Shown here one piece after another: positions 33,651-47,495 of a stretch of 64,000 bases of DNA. The DNA lies in the NCBI RefSeq assembly GCF_009914755.1, contig NC_060929.1; one strand, written 5' to 3'. Made by a program: the position numbers and the translations under genes. The notes beneath the pieces are model-generated. The model made no database searches and was not told the origin of the DNA. It worked only from the letters and a program-made list of their open reading frames with translations. Position 1 is the first letter of the stretch. The number at the start of each line of letters is the position of its first letter. Source of the DNA: the human T2T-CHM13v2.0 reference genome, Homo sapiens.

Positions 33651-34429
33651 TTTAAGCTGTAATTAAAAAACCTGCCTCTGTATCAATAACACTTACAGAT
33701 ATATATTTTTAAAAACCTCATATGGCTAAGTCACAGTTTATCCCTATGGAATCAGAGTCTCCAGAAGTATAGGGCAAAGAGTCTATCCTTACAAATATAA
33801 TAACAGCAACAACAACACACGTGTGCTCACACACACTCTTACACACATGTATTGCTGAACTGACTCCAATGTCAAGACTTCTGTTTTAAAAGCTGTGCAA
33901 CCATTTACTTATTATAGGAAACTGAATTTTTCATTAATACCAATAATATTTAATGTGTTTATATTGTTGTGCTACTCTCAAAAGTTTACAAATTGCAATA
34001 CTGAAGGCCCAGGATAATTGCAGATACTTTAGGAAGTCTAATACCTCGTTCCTGCCAATTTGTATGTATTATGTATGCAGCTAACAATTTGTAAAGATTC
34101 AGCATTTTAGTTTAGGTTTTCACCAACCTCAGACTGTATTAACACTTCAAAGTTCACATCCCAGATAATCCCTGTGCTCCTTTTGCACTTTTTTCAGCAG
34201 TGAGCACTTTGGCACCTTTCCAGATGTATCTGCCCATTGACTCCTATACAGTTTGCTGCAATACAATTGGATAGGAGAGATCCCAGCATGTATTTAATAG
34301 ATTAAGGACTAAAGTTTCACTTTCTTATAGATTTCCAAGTTCTGCCTGGTGTTTCTTCTGCCCTTCAATCTCTTTTCAGTGTCGGGAGGGCCCTTCACTC
34401 TTTGGTTTAGTCACAGCCTTGCCCTGAGG

Positions 34430-34510
34430 CTCTAGTGAAATGTTTAACATTAGATAGCAAATGTTTAACATTAGATAACTCTAGTAAAATGTTTAACACT
34501 AGATAGCAAA
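34430..34510. repeat. Short complex tandem repeat (three copies of AAATGTTTAACA(T/C)TAGATA)
   Basis: 32-bp units at 34430-34461 and 34479-34510 flank a partial copy. Confidence 0.9.
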
Positions 34511-37481
34511 AACCCTAGTTTTTTATGTGGCTTGCAGATTTCAAGCTCCACCTTCTATCATTCAGAATCAAGATGCACCCCCAGCTTATCTCACTCTGTG
34601 CCTGAGTCCCAGTGAGCAGGTCTTAGCCTTTTTCAAACAATTAGAATCACCTTTTATCACTTCTCCTGTAACCCTTTCCCCGTTTCTGACCATCCTATAC
34701 ATGTTTAATACTCCACATCTCTGAAATATAAAGAATAATATTAACATATTTTCTTACAGCTTATACATAGGTTAATATGTATAATATTACATATTATAAT
34801 ATGTATGCAGTTTATACTTGCATACTTAGGAATCACAAGCTCAGGCTGCAAAGTCAGAATATTGGAATTCAATGGACAATGAAGGAAAAATGGCTGCCAC
34901 TCTGCCAATCTTGTTAACAAGATACAATACTCTGATCTTCCAGGTGACTTCCTTTTCAATGGATTTGCTGGTGATGGGTGTAATGTAGGGATACCTCTGG
35001 GACCCTAGCTTGACTGCCGTTTGCCTCCAACTTCAGCTGCTTGTTCAGGAACTGCCTTGAGTTAAATATGTTCTCACAAAAAAATCATCAATAAAAGCAG
35101 GGTGAGCCATTCAACAGCCTCTCTGTGACCGTATCTCAATAATTTCTAAATAACTGTGCATCAAAATCAGGAATCAAAAGTGGAAACATGATCGCATTGG
35201 TCCATAGCCCCAAGATTGTTATTTTTCATAGACCTCTTTAAAGTTGCCATATCAAAGGTGAAGATTTTCTCACTGATTCTTTAAAATTACTTGCATTACA
35301 TAAATATGTTTGACATTTTCTCTCACATTTTTCTGAAGGAAAGGTAATACTAAATACAACTTTGGAAAATCACTTTTGCATAGGCTAATTTTTATTTCTT
35401 GCTTGTGGCATCAATGTTTTAAATCATAATCATATTTGTTACATTAGGCAAAATTTTGGCGTAGTTTGTTAAAGTGGCTTCATATGATTGAGCCCATCAG
35501 ATTATAAATAATTGATAATCTTCCAAAGTGTTACCTTTTGACAGACAGAACAAATTACGAAGGGTGAAAAATGAAGTCTTAAGCCAATCAGCCGTATGTG
35601 TAATCATTTGCAAGTTCCTTTCTGGAATATCGACATATTTATATTTTTATCTTCCCTAAGTTAACTGATCTCTAGAATTAGTAAGTCCATAGAACATTCC
35701 TCATTTTGGATCACATCCATTTAACAGTCATTCTGTCTAATGAAAGTATCTATGCTGTACTATTTGGCAAGATAAGTTCATTCAATTCCCTACATACCTT
35801 TACATCTCCAGACAGTCGTATCATGCCCTCCTAAATAACTACACTCAAATACCAAATTATTTGTCAGCATAAAAAAATTGGGAATGGAACAAAATCAATT
35901 TTATTAAACAACTGAGTATTTTTTGGTCCTATGGCCCTGATAAATGTAAGCAATCTTTGCAAATTTATTTCACTAGTGATTCTTTTTAATGGCACTGTGA
36001 TCACTGGCTCCACATTTAGAAATAAGTTATGAGTAATGCTTGTATAATAGTCGCGTGTCTTGACATCGTAATTTGTTTACATGAGCGTTTTCACTTGTGA
36101 AATCTACTATGTCCATGGTTTCTAAATATTATGTATGTGAATTTGGAAACAATTCTGGATATTCTTTACATTATATGCTTAACAGTAGCTGATCAAAGCC
36201 ATTGAAAAGCCAGGTGAAAGGCTTTGTAAAATAGAAACCCAAAGAAAGTCTCTGCAAGCAGATAAGGAGACACAAGTTTGCTTTACAGGCTTCACAGCCA
36301 CTGGGTCAGCTACAGAGTCAATGAACTAGTTCAATAATGGGAAAATCATAGACTTTGGCACTAGGCATACTTGTGTTTAAATTTTGGCTTTACAACTTAT
36401 TGTCTGGGTATGGTTAGGAATGTTCATTAACTTTTGTGTTTCCTCAATTTTTCTCACCTGTGAAATTGATATAAAAATTCCTACCTCATATTTACTAATT
36501 AATTCATTTATTCTACAAAAATAACCTCAGTTGTTACTATGTGCTATATGACTAAAAGCCTAAGAGCAACTTGCTTGCTTAGATTTTTTAAATTCTGTTG
36601 GTGTATTAGAAGTGCTTGTTTCTGTTGCCTGAGTTTTTATGAAGGATGAGTTGTGTTTAATAAGAATGAAGCTCAACTGCAATGTGTGTGGAATTTTTCT
36701 TTAATTCCTAGGATTTAGATGTTTCTCTTAGAGGCAGTCACCATTTCTTACTCTATTCCTTTATGCTATATTAATTTAGAAGGAATCCACAGAATAGACA
36801 TGTAACAGAAATTCACTCTATTGTGGCAGCTCCCTAGCAATGGGATCCGCAAACAGCTGTGTGTCCAACTGTGCATTCATGCTTATTTTTTTGGTATGTT
36901 GCAGAAGCTAAATCCAATGTTTAGGTGTCATGCCCTTCATCTTTCTGTGCCACAATGCCTCTTTGTGGTTCAAAAGTGCAAGGGAACATTTTCTGCCCAT
37001 TAACATTGCTGGTTCATATTTCATTTGCTCTGCACTATCACCCAGAGATTTATTTTGCCTCAAACTGTTTTCTTGTGTCTGTCCCACCCTCTGAGTACCT
37101 GCATTAGGTTATTTCCTCCCCTTGTGTAATGATTTGCATTTTTACAACTTAAATCTTGGTTTTATTTCCTTACCACACTTCTAATGCCTCTAGCTTCTTT
37201 ATTAAAATTATTTCCCTGTCCTCCCCTGTGTATGCAACATCATCCAAGTTAGTACCATCCACAAATAAAAATGTGTTGCTTATTATCTTTTTCTGAGCAT
37301 TCACAAAAATGTTGAATATAAATGAACTTAAATATTTCAACTTTGAAATGTCCTCATTTGTTTCTAAGAACCCGAACATTTGCATGTGTTGTTTTTATTT
37401 GTCTGAAGATTATAAAGCCAATGTAAATATATTTAACAGGCCATATTTAAGCTAACTGGAATATGGTACATCAAATTATAT

Positions 37482-37941
37482 TGATAGAGGCAGGAGGCAG
37501 AGAACTCTCCTAGGCAAACAGGGGAGGGTCCCCACAGAAGCTCCGACCTGCCTAGGTCATTGTGCACAGGGGGCTTGCCTAAACATGCCCATAGTGAAAA
37601 CTGCCATCTCTTAATACATGTGCAATAAGGGAAATAAATCAATGTGGAGTGGCTCAGACTAAGGGCCCACATGCACACTGGAAGGACAGGGTGGAGCCAA
37701 CAGGAATTCACACCTTATGCAAGGGAGGAGCTGGGCCTCTTCAGCTCATGCATGGAAGTCCTGGTACTCTATTGTGAGGGGGAAACCTGCTTGCAGAATC
37801 CCTCTCTTTGCTGAGAGCTTTCCTTTCGCTTAATAAATTCTACCCTCCTCACCCTTGAATGTGTCCATGTGCCTAATTTTTCCTTGTTGTGAGACAAAAA
37901 CCCGGATTTAACTGAGCTAAGGAGCAAAAAATCTTGCATCG
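37482..37941 (+). mobile_element. ERV1 solo LTR (MER61/LTR20-group-like)
   Basis: TGATAGAGGCAGGAGGCAG...GCATCG termini (CA mutated to CG), internal AATAAA, 4-bp TSD ATAT at 37478-37481 and 37942-37945; family name tentative. Confidence 0.88.
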
Positions 37942-39371
37942 ATATTGTATATCAGGTTAAATGGTGAAGACATAATAGATTTGTGTGTGTGTGTGTGTGT
38001 TTTCCTCTCTTTCACTCAGAAAATCTTTTTGTTGGTCTTATTGAACCTAAACTAGCCTAATTCTAGTGGATTAAATTTTATTTATTCCCCAAAAGTAAAT
38101 ATAGGTTTAAAGACAAATACTCCAAAAAGTTGATTTTCTCTTCTGGATTATAATATTGACTTTAAATAACTTTTATATGATGCTTCTCTGAGCACATTTT
38201 AACTAAATGTTCCAGAGCAATTTATGTGTGACTCAGGACTCAGTTACAGCAAGTGAAATAATTTGTCTTTGATAAATTACAATTAACTATCAATATGCCA
38301 GAACTAAATGCATGGGTTGAAATATCAAAAAAAGAAAAAAAAACCCAACCATCGGTTAGTTTTTCCTTTGGGCTCTGCAGGAAATGTTGTAGAGGTGGAA
38401 GAGCATGTTTTGAGATCTACTACATATAGAAGTGCCTGTCTTCTGAGTATGACCTCGGTCAGCCTCTATAAGTGGAAAATTCACAAAAGGAAATACATAC
38501 CATGAATGTTGGAAGTGACTTTAAAATCTTCTAGTTCAACCCCTTGATTTCACAGATGAACGAAAAGAAGCTCCAGAGAGACTGATGGAGAGGACCAAGG
38601 TCACACATCTGAGGAGCATGTCTGTTTCACATTATTGTTATGGATACTACCTGAATCTTCCAGGATCACTTTGTTTCCTGATTATACGTGTTCCCAAGGC
38701 ACATGTTCCTAGAACTTTTTAGAAAGGCATTACTTTATGCTAAATGTCCTTAAAACTTATCAAATTAACACCAATTTAAAATCACAAGCCTGAAAAATCA
38801 TTTCCACATTTGCATAAAATTTTAGATCCATTTTATTTAAATTTAGTAGATCAAAACCTAATTTTATCGATTAAATTTCAAAATAAGATTTTTTTAAATA
38901 AGTATCTGAATGGGTTTTCAAAGCTTTGTTACTTGGCATAAGATGAACTAGAATTCTTCAGAAGTTGGTATTGTCCCTTTCATATTTTTTTCACATCAAT
39001 ATCCTAATGAATGTCTCTACAGAAATAAAGAGTATGACTGTGAGGGCAAATAATTCTAATTACCAACATGCTGCACAAACACTGTTATCAAGAAAAGTAT
39101 AGAGATGGGACATCAGAGTCTGTTCCCTAAGCAGGGAATATGTTTCAATAGAAATCAATATGTGGTATGAAAGTGAGAGTAGCCAACACTCTCAGAAGGG
39201 TGAGCACCATCCTGGTTACTCTCTCTGGAAGACATAGAGGAATAGAAAACATATTTCTTCCAAAAGAATATTCGTATTTAGCTCTATAAAAATGTCACTT
39301 GACTCTCTTTATAAGGAGAAAAATAAGATGGAAATAAAGGCCCTGGAGAATTTAGTTTTTCCTCTCCTTAG

Positions 39372-39777
39372 TGATGTGGAAAAAACCGAGTTCTCGTTAC
39401 ATGGCCGGGTTTTTAGGCACGCGGACACATTGTAGGGTGAGTAGGGCAGGGTTAATTGGATGGAAAGTTAAAAAGGAAAGAGGAACTCTCAGCAAAGTGA
39501 GAGAGAGTCCTGCTAGCAGGCCTCCACCTTACAGATTGAATCCCAGACCACCACACAGGACCTGAAGAGAGCCAGGCTCCTCCCCACTGCGAACAGAGTG
39601 CACTTCCCCTGGCTCCACCCCCTTCCCCCAGTGCACAGTGGGCATTATTCAGAGACAGTCAATCGGGAAAAGGTGGGCTTCATCCAGACCAGCAGTCTGG
39701 TTTTTCAGCCTTCAGGGTGTTTTAGGCTCCATGATGGGGTTTCGCTGGGGACCCTTGGCTGTCTTCTGTCTCTATCA
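39372..39777 (-). mobile_element. ERV1 solo LTR (MER61-group-like)
   Basis: Minus strand starts TGATAGAGACAGAAGACAGCCAAGGGTCCCC and ends ..CACATCA; flanks TTAG/CTAG (4-bp TSD, one mismatch). Confidence 0.85.
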
Positions 39778-41020
39778 CTAGTATTTCCACTCCTTGATGT
39801 AGTATCAATATTGTTGGATGATTATTTGCAAGTTGATACAGACACTCAAAGCCTTTGAGGTCATATGAAGTGCATATATTGAGAATGTACAAAACAAATA
39901 TTAAAATATTTGGTATTAACCAACAGTGTAGCTCCTTGAAATTAAGATATCTGTAAACTATAGCTGAATAAATTTCACAAATTTAAGCACTTAATTAGCA
40001 AAATAGCCCCAATTCTTTTAATCTAGCATAAATAATATTTTTACTAGTTAATCAAGGACTGTTGCTTAAACAAGAGCAACACTGTTGAACTTAAACATCC
40101 CCTTTGCTTTCAGTGCAAGGTACTTTTTTCTATTTAAATGTCAATCAATTTATCACTTAAATGTCTATGCTTAAATATTAGCAGAATTCCAGATATAAAT
40201 AGAAATATTGCTAAGTCACATATTACAATTATAATATATTAATTCCAATATAGGTTTTGTGAATGAACTTGCAGATAATTATGCTTTTGAAGTAAAAGTG
40301 TCTTTTTTCTGATTTGGACAAGACAAACAAATATTCAATTCAATAAAAACATTTGAGCAACCAAATTATATAAAGCATTATGGCAGATTTAATTGTGGTC
40401 TCTGCCATCAGTGGCTTGCATTCTGGACTGAAAGACAAATTATTATTCATCTTCAGTTTCACTGGCTAGAGAATGATATGAAACAATGCATTTAAAGTAA
40501 CTAGACAATAGTAAATTACGTTAGCATTTTCTAAACAAAATCATGAAAAACAGAAGACGTATAAATTATAATATATTGCACCAAATCTGTAATTTTTGTA
40601 TTCTCCATAAAGTATGCTAATATCTGTATGTGGCACCAAAAGTGCTATTACATGAGAGCTGTATGAATTATGAATAATTATAAAGCTATAATGAGTTCTT
40701 GAAGAGATAATTGATTGTTACTAGTCACACAGTTCATACTTTAGCTTGAAAATGATCTTTGCTTTTCATTCAATCAGCCCTATTTGAAAACAGTCATTTT
40801 ACTTCAGTCTTGGCTGGTATTAAATACTCCTTTGTCAATGCCCTGGGTATTGTGATCTTAGCATACTTAGAGAATATGTGTGCGCTTTAAGTGCCTAAAC
40901 TATTGCAATAAGCAAGGTCACTTCTAGCAATAGAGACCTAACTGGAGCTGTAACCAAAGTCATACAAATAATATCTGCAAATGTCAATAATGAAACAATT
41001 GGGGAAAAGAACATATCATC

Positions 41021-41023
<3 letters not shown>

Positions 41024-41054
<31 letters not shown>
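41024..41054. repeat. (GT)n microsatellite
   Basis: Direct observation. Confidence 0.95.
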
Positions 41055-41055
<1 letters not shown>

Positions 41056-42456
41056 AAGCATTTATAAGGTAAAAAAAAAATAGCTGCCAAGCCCTGTTTC
41101 AAAAGTACTCCTTCAGAATAAAATCAAGTACAGAAATTTCTAATTTTATCACTTGCCCCCCAGGAGCTACACAGCCAACCCCAAAAAGAAATCATCTCTC
41201 ACATATTCTTATAATACCTTTATTCCCTGAATGGAGCTCATTTTGGCCATCTGTATTCTAAAACAAAACAATGACAACTAGGAAAAGAAAATTGCAGGGC
41301 AGAGATGCATAGCTGGCATTCATCTGGAACACAGAGGGAGGAAAGCCTTGTTAAGTTTCTCTCATTCTCATCCCTTACAGGAATGGGGATTTGTAGTCTG
41401 GGTCTCCTGAAAGCCCCACGCTTGACTTCAGATTAACAATTGCTCCCCCTCCCGACCTCCCCAAGCAGGAGTATACCTTTTTATATTGCTGTTTCAGCAA
41501 GTGAAAAAGATGTCTCTTCCTGCTGCTCAATTTAGCTTATAAACAATCTTCATTTCTGAGGATACTGCAACTCTCCCAGATGCTCTATTAGATGACTAAG
41601 TGTGTGTCTCTCATTTCATATAGGTATGTATACTTACTTATATTTACATATAGGAACATTTGTTTCTCAAAGTTGAAGTATATTCATTCAACTACACTCA
41701 TTGAATTAGATTGACTTAATTTTGTCCAAATGACTTAGGTAGAACTGTACCGAAATTCGTACTAATAGTATTCCAGACCGTCATCCACAAATTAAGTTGT
41801 GACTCATTAGCTGGATTTATCATAGGAACGTGAGTTGTCTGATTTTCTTTCCATAAATTATTTGTTTGTGGGTTCCACATTCATAGCTTCAATGCAACGC
41901 AACATTTTTGGAGCACCTACTCTGACCATGGCATTGTGCAAGAGATTGAGATGACCTAAACTTCAAACAGTAAAGGATTACTTGCCATCTACCCAAAACA
42001 ACAATTCTGAATATTCAGTCTACTTTCTCAGAGTAATTTTCATAATATAGCTATACTTTTTGTTCAATTTGAGCAAAGGTGGAAATGGAAGTTTAAGTGT
42101 AGTTGAGGTTTTGATTTTTGTGAAAGATTGGAAGCATGTAGTGAAAACCAGCAATGGGAAAACTTTCAAGACCCTCTTGGGATAAATCTATAAAAGATGA
42201 GTACTTCCAACAATCACTTCTAAAGCAAATGTAATTCTCAGGTTGAAAATATAAGTACATTTATTTTTTAAATTCACTTTAAACAGACAAAAGCCATCTG
42301 TTTAGCCAGGTAGATGCAGTACAAATATCTATACCTACTCTGCAGGAAGACCCTTGAGATTCTACTTCTTTGCTAAGGATTGCAATTGTATTCCATTTAT
42401 CATTATCTCCCCAATCTATCTATACATTTATTTTTATTAATAATTTACCTTTACAT

Positions 42457-42769
<313 letters not shown>

Positions 42770-43782
42770 TTATAGATATCTATGTACATTTAATATTGAA
42801 AATAGATTTCTTCAGAATGCTTTTATTTATAAGAAATACACGTTTAACCAATTTTTTTCTCTGCCATGACATTTACTTAGTTATGGCTTTATAGACAGAA
42901 ATAATTTACCCATTTCCTGGCTGAATAAATCATAATAGATTTTAAGAAATTGAAAAAGATTAAAAGTGCTTCTCTAGTATGCATGAGACTTCCTTATTTT
43001 TAGAAGTATTAGTTAACTATTATATGCCAGGCCATATTAAGGCTCATGATAGCAGATATCAATAGAGATATAAGTTGTCCCTTAATACTCTTTAAACAGT
43101 GTCACATGGCTTTAAAAGTATAGATTTTGGAGTCAGACAAACCTGAATTCAAATTAGAAACTGGTCATGGTAGTGGGATAGTAACTAAGCTGTTTCACTT
43201 CCTTCTATAACAAACAGCTAACTTTTGCTAGCCGCATCTAGAAAGGCTTGCAGAAACAATCTGTGTTTTAAAAGAAAATAGCTTTACTCCTAGAGAATTA
43301 TAAAACCATCTGAAGACCAGAGGATATTGCAAAAGAGGCTTCCACCTTTCCCCTTCAATCTCACTTCAGCCATGAAGAGTTCTTACAGATGGGTGCTGTG
43401 TGGTCCCTTCTCTCTCTGAATACTCTTACTCAATCTACGAGTTCTGCCATAGGACTCTGTTCCCAGCCGAGTCAATGCACTGTCCTGCAGGGATGTTCAG
43501 CCTTGGAGTGCCCTGCCAGAGAATACTTCAAATATGTTCAATTTCTTCAGTGTAGAGTGCCTACAAGGGTAACTATTGTGTTGGTGCTGTGGGCCACATC
43601 TCAGAGCCTAACTAGGAAACTCATGCCTTTGTCTCTTGCTTCTATCAACAAAGAAGTTTTGTTTTGTTTTGTTTTGTTTTTTTCCAGGGGTTGGAGTTTA
43701 TGCTGGAGGAGAAAAGAAAAGAAGTAGGTTCAAGAAAACAAAATTCTTTATTTATTGCTGTACTTCAATAATCTAACATAGA

Positions 43783-44016
43783 TGCAACAGCAATACTTTT
43801 CTCAGAGGAATATTGGGAGTACTGTTAAAGAGGTTCTATAAAGCAGGTGGCATAGTGTAAATATTGGATAAATAATAGTTATCTTTAATCATTATCATTG
43901 CAACAGCAATACTTTTCTCAGAGGAATATTGGGAGTACTGTTAAAGAGGTTCTATAAAGCAAGTGGCATAGTGTAAATACTGGATAAATAATAGTTATCT
44001 TTAATCATTATCATTG
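43783..44016 (+). repeat. 116-bp tandem duplication of a MIR-like 3' segment
   Basis: Copies at 43783-43898 and 43899-44014 differ at two positions by my count. Confidence 0.95.
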
Positions 44017-46219
44017 TACCTACATAAGACACTAGAGCTTCTGGAGTTATCTAGCATTTGTGCTTTTTTTTAGTCTTCTCATTCACATTTAATGCCAATA
44101 TTATAATCTGAAAAGTTTTCCATGATCAGATTAACATGTAACATACTGATGACTGTAGATACTCATATATACATACACAGACTCAAAAGCATACACATAT
44201 ATATTCAACATAGTTGTGTTCCTAAATACTAGCTTCATAAAGAAATCTTTTAACTGTAGTAACTTGTGAGCATTTCTTTTTCAACCCAAGAACAAGACAG
44301 AGAAAATCTATTTCAATTCTCTACCCTGTTCCTCCTCCACCCCATCTTCCTTCTTTCCCACACTCTCAGTCTTCCTGTCAAGGGTGGTGGAGTATACACC
44401 CTAATCAAAGTAAGACACTGCCGAGGCAGCAAGATACACTGGGAAGATTAGAGTGGAATAAAAATGGCTTCAAAATAGCCTGCTGATAAGAATAAACTTG
44501 AGAACAGACATTTTGGACAGGTACAAATGAAAGAGAATTCACATAGGGATGTCTCCAAGTGTGTTACCACTGGGAAAAACCCACAGTAGATGAGATAAAG
44601 ACTCTGTTCCTTGTAATCTTTACATTTGTATGCGCTACTAGTCCCTGCCTACAGCACATTAAACTGATTAGCTGTTTATTGACATAATATTTGCAGGCCT
44701 GGACACATGTTGGGACACGTTAAATCGCTTATTAATAGGAATAATTACTTTTTAGCTGTCACAAGTGCTTACAAAGGGAAATAGTCACAATGTTTTTTTT
44801 CTATTACTTGAGCACTATGACAAATTTCGCCTTTGTAAAATGATATTTGTGCTGCCTTGAAGCTATTGGAACATTTAAATCTACTGCTATGTTCTTGTTT
44901 CATAAATTAGAAGGGAAAGGAGAAAAATAACAAGTTTCAAGAAAACCACATGCTATTTTAAGTTAAGACAGGAGCTTACCCAAGAAAAGGCAGGTGTTTA
45001 AATTTGGTTTTCATTTCTTAGAAAAATAAATGCATATAAGGTTTAAATATAGTCATTTCCAAAAGTATCTTTATCCTTTCTTGGAATAAGCTACCAGTAT
45101 TGCCAGATTCTAATAGTTTATCACTTACAGTAAAGCATAAAGTAGGCCAATAGGGAGTTCTCCTGTTAGTGAAAAATGTCCTTGGTGAACTATTTAACAA
45201 TTTGAAGGAACACTGTTTACTAATCCACCCTGTCTGTAATGCTCTATCTACGAGATCACAGTCCAAGAAATAGATAAGATAATTGAGGAATCTATTTGCA
45301 GTCCAGAAATTCATAAAGTCAGGATGAAATTTTCATCCCTCTCCTATTAGTGGCCAGTCTCCTCATAATGAGGTTTGGTAAAAGCATATTACCAAAGGGA
45401 AAAGAAAATAGTCAGAGTAATGTCCTGACGCAGATAGGTACTCAAATAGCACTGGATTCTTATTACCAGCTGCTTCTCCACCATATATGGGACTGCCAAA
45501 TCATTTGGGGTAGAGTAGATTACTTGACATGGTGTCAAGTGCTTACAGGATTCTGGATGACTAAGCATCTTTATTTAACTGCCATGCTGCTAACCCCACA
45601 TGGGAAAGGGCCTGAAAAGGTTAATGTAAACATCGTCTGCTTCCTTCAAACCACACCAGAATACCACATCTGGTGGGTCACCTCACCCTGCAGTCAAAGC
45701 TCAAAGGACATTTGCTTTGTGAATGTCAGGATAATTTTATGAGAACCAGACACCAGGCATCTGATGTGGGCCTCAGAAAAAAAGGCAGATTGTTGCATGT
45801 GAACTGTTTGGATTATTAAAAAGGGTATGAGTGCAAGGCCAGGACCCAGTGTAGTAGTCATTGAAGTTTCCAGACAAATTACACCCATGCTACACCTAAC
45901 ATCACATGGCAGAGAAACTCTGCAGTAATGAGATTTCAGAGTACAGTGACTCCACATGAGCGAAAGTCATGGATTAGACAATTCAATCACATCTGGCCAG
46001 TTTTGTGATAAGAATAAAGAACACCAAGATGCAACACAAGACTCATCTAACATAAAAGCACTTTTCTTATTTGTTGCTTAAAGTTTCATTATATACATAC
46101 CCTATTTACTGATTCATGTTACGGATACTCAGGCTGCCTCCCACTCCTTCCTTGACACCACAAATAATGCTGCCTTGAATGTCCTTGAATACTCCCACTT
46201 CTATGAGAATTTGGGGAAT

Positions 46220-46256
46220 ACACACACAAACACACACACACACACACACACACACA
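46220..46256. repeat. (CA)n microsatellite, interrupted
   Basis: Direct observation. Confidence 0.93.
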
Positions 46257-46429
46257 GGTTCACACATCATGAGGTACATGCACATTAAAATTGCATAAAT
46301 ACTGACAGATTGTACTGCTGCATACCTATTAAAATATTCCACAATGAAAACATATGTCTTTTGTAATTATGTAAAACAAATATTGTTAAATATGGAAAAA
46401 AAGTTTTATTTATCTTACTCATTCCTCTT

Positions 46430-46973
46430 ACTCTCCTCTGGTGCATTGTAATTTATTCAGCTATACAATGTAAGAGTCTATGTCATCCTTGGCTTTGACT
46501 TGGCTTTTTCATTTCTTTTTCTAACAATCACCAATCCTATAGAATCAATAGTATCTACAGTGTAGATAGTATTGATATAACTTCTAAAATTCCGTATAAT
46601 CCCCCCATTACTTCATCACTACTCCTAATCTATCAGCCTTAATTCCTTCTGCTTTAAGTCTATAATTTCTCGATCTTTTGACATCTGTTGTAATCCACCT
46701 CAGTAGCATTACACAGTTGTGTCCCTCAACCTGAAATATATCTCTTATTATAGTAATACCCTTAACATCCTTAAGGACTTAAGAAATATCCCACTTCTCT
46801 CATATAGTCATACTGGTTTACAAACATGTTTGTATAGTACTTTTTATATGCTATCACAATTATCTGTTAATACTCATTTCTCAAAGTCACAAATTTTTCA
46901 AAGAAAGGAACATATCTTATTTGTATCTCCAGCATCTGGAAATGGTAACTATTCCACAAATGTTTGCTGAATG
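46430..46973 (+). mobile_element. L2 3'-end remnant
   Basis: Ends ATCTTATTTGTATCTCCAGCATCTGG..AAATGTTTGCTGAATG, typical of the L2 terminus. Confidence 0.55.
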
Positions 46974-47451
46974 GGCTTTTATTATTATTCCCTCAGGCTC
47001 TTATCTCTTTTTTTTCAAAGTATAGTTAAGTATCTGACAAAATAATCTTACATTAAGACGTTTATACAAAATTATACTCCTTTTAAGAAGTTAAAAAATA
47101 AGCAAAAATGCACAACATATTTGTTAAGCATTTGTATGTGTGTAATAGAAAATACTGAAGAAAAACAAGGAATGATAAGCATTAATTTCCGGAACAAATT
47201 GCTTCTGGGTCAGACCAAGGACAAGGACAAGATATGGAAGAAGTACAAAAGTAAATGCACATTTTTAGAAATATTTGAAATCTTGTATTGCATGGTACAT
47301 TAGAGGTGTTAATTATATTTAATAAATATTTAAGCAAATATAACCAAAGAGAGCCATGTATGGACCAAGGTGTCAGTAAGCTGTGAACCACAAGCCATAA
47401 TTAATGATACTCTGTGACTTGGGTTCTAGAAAAAAGAAAAAAAGAAAAAAA

Positions 47452-47453
<2 letters not shown>

Positions 47454-47486
<33 letters not shown>

Positions 47487-47495
47487 CGTGTGTGT
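47454..47495. repeat. (GT)n microsatellite following an A-tract
   Basis: Direct observation. Confidence 0.93.

Noticed and set aside
34430-34510. CRISPR-like repeat array
   Set aside because: No unique spacers, primate context, no cas genes.
45350-45742. 130-aa ORF
   Set aside because: Non-ATG start, no domain resemblance, no convincing splice context.
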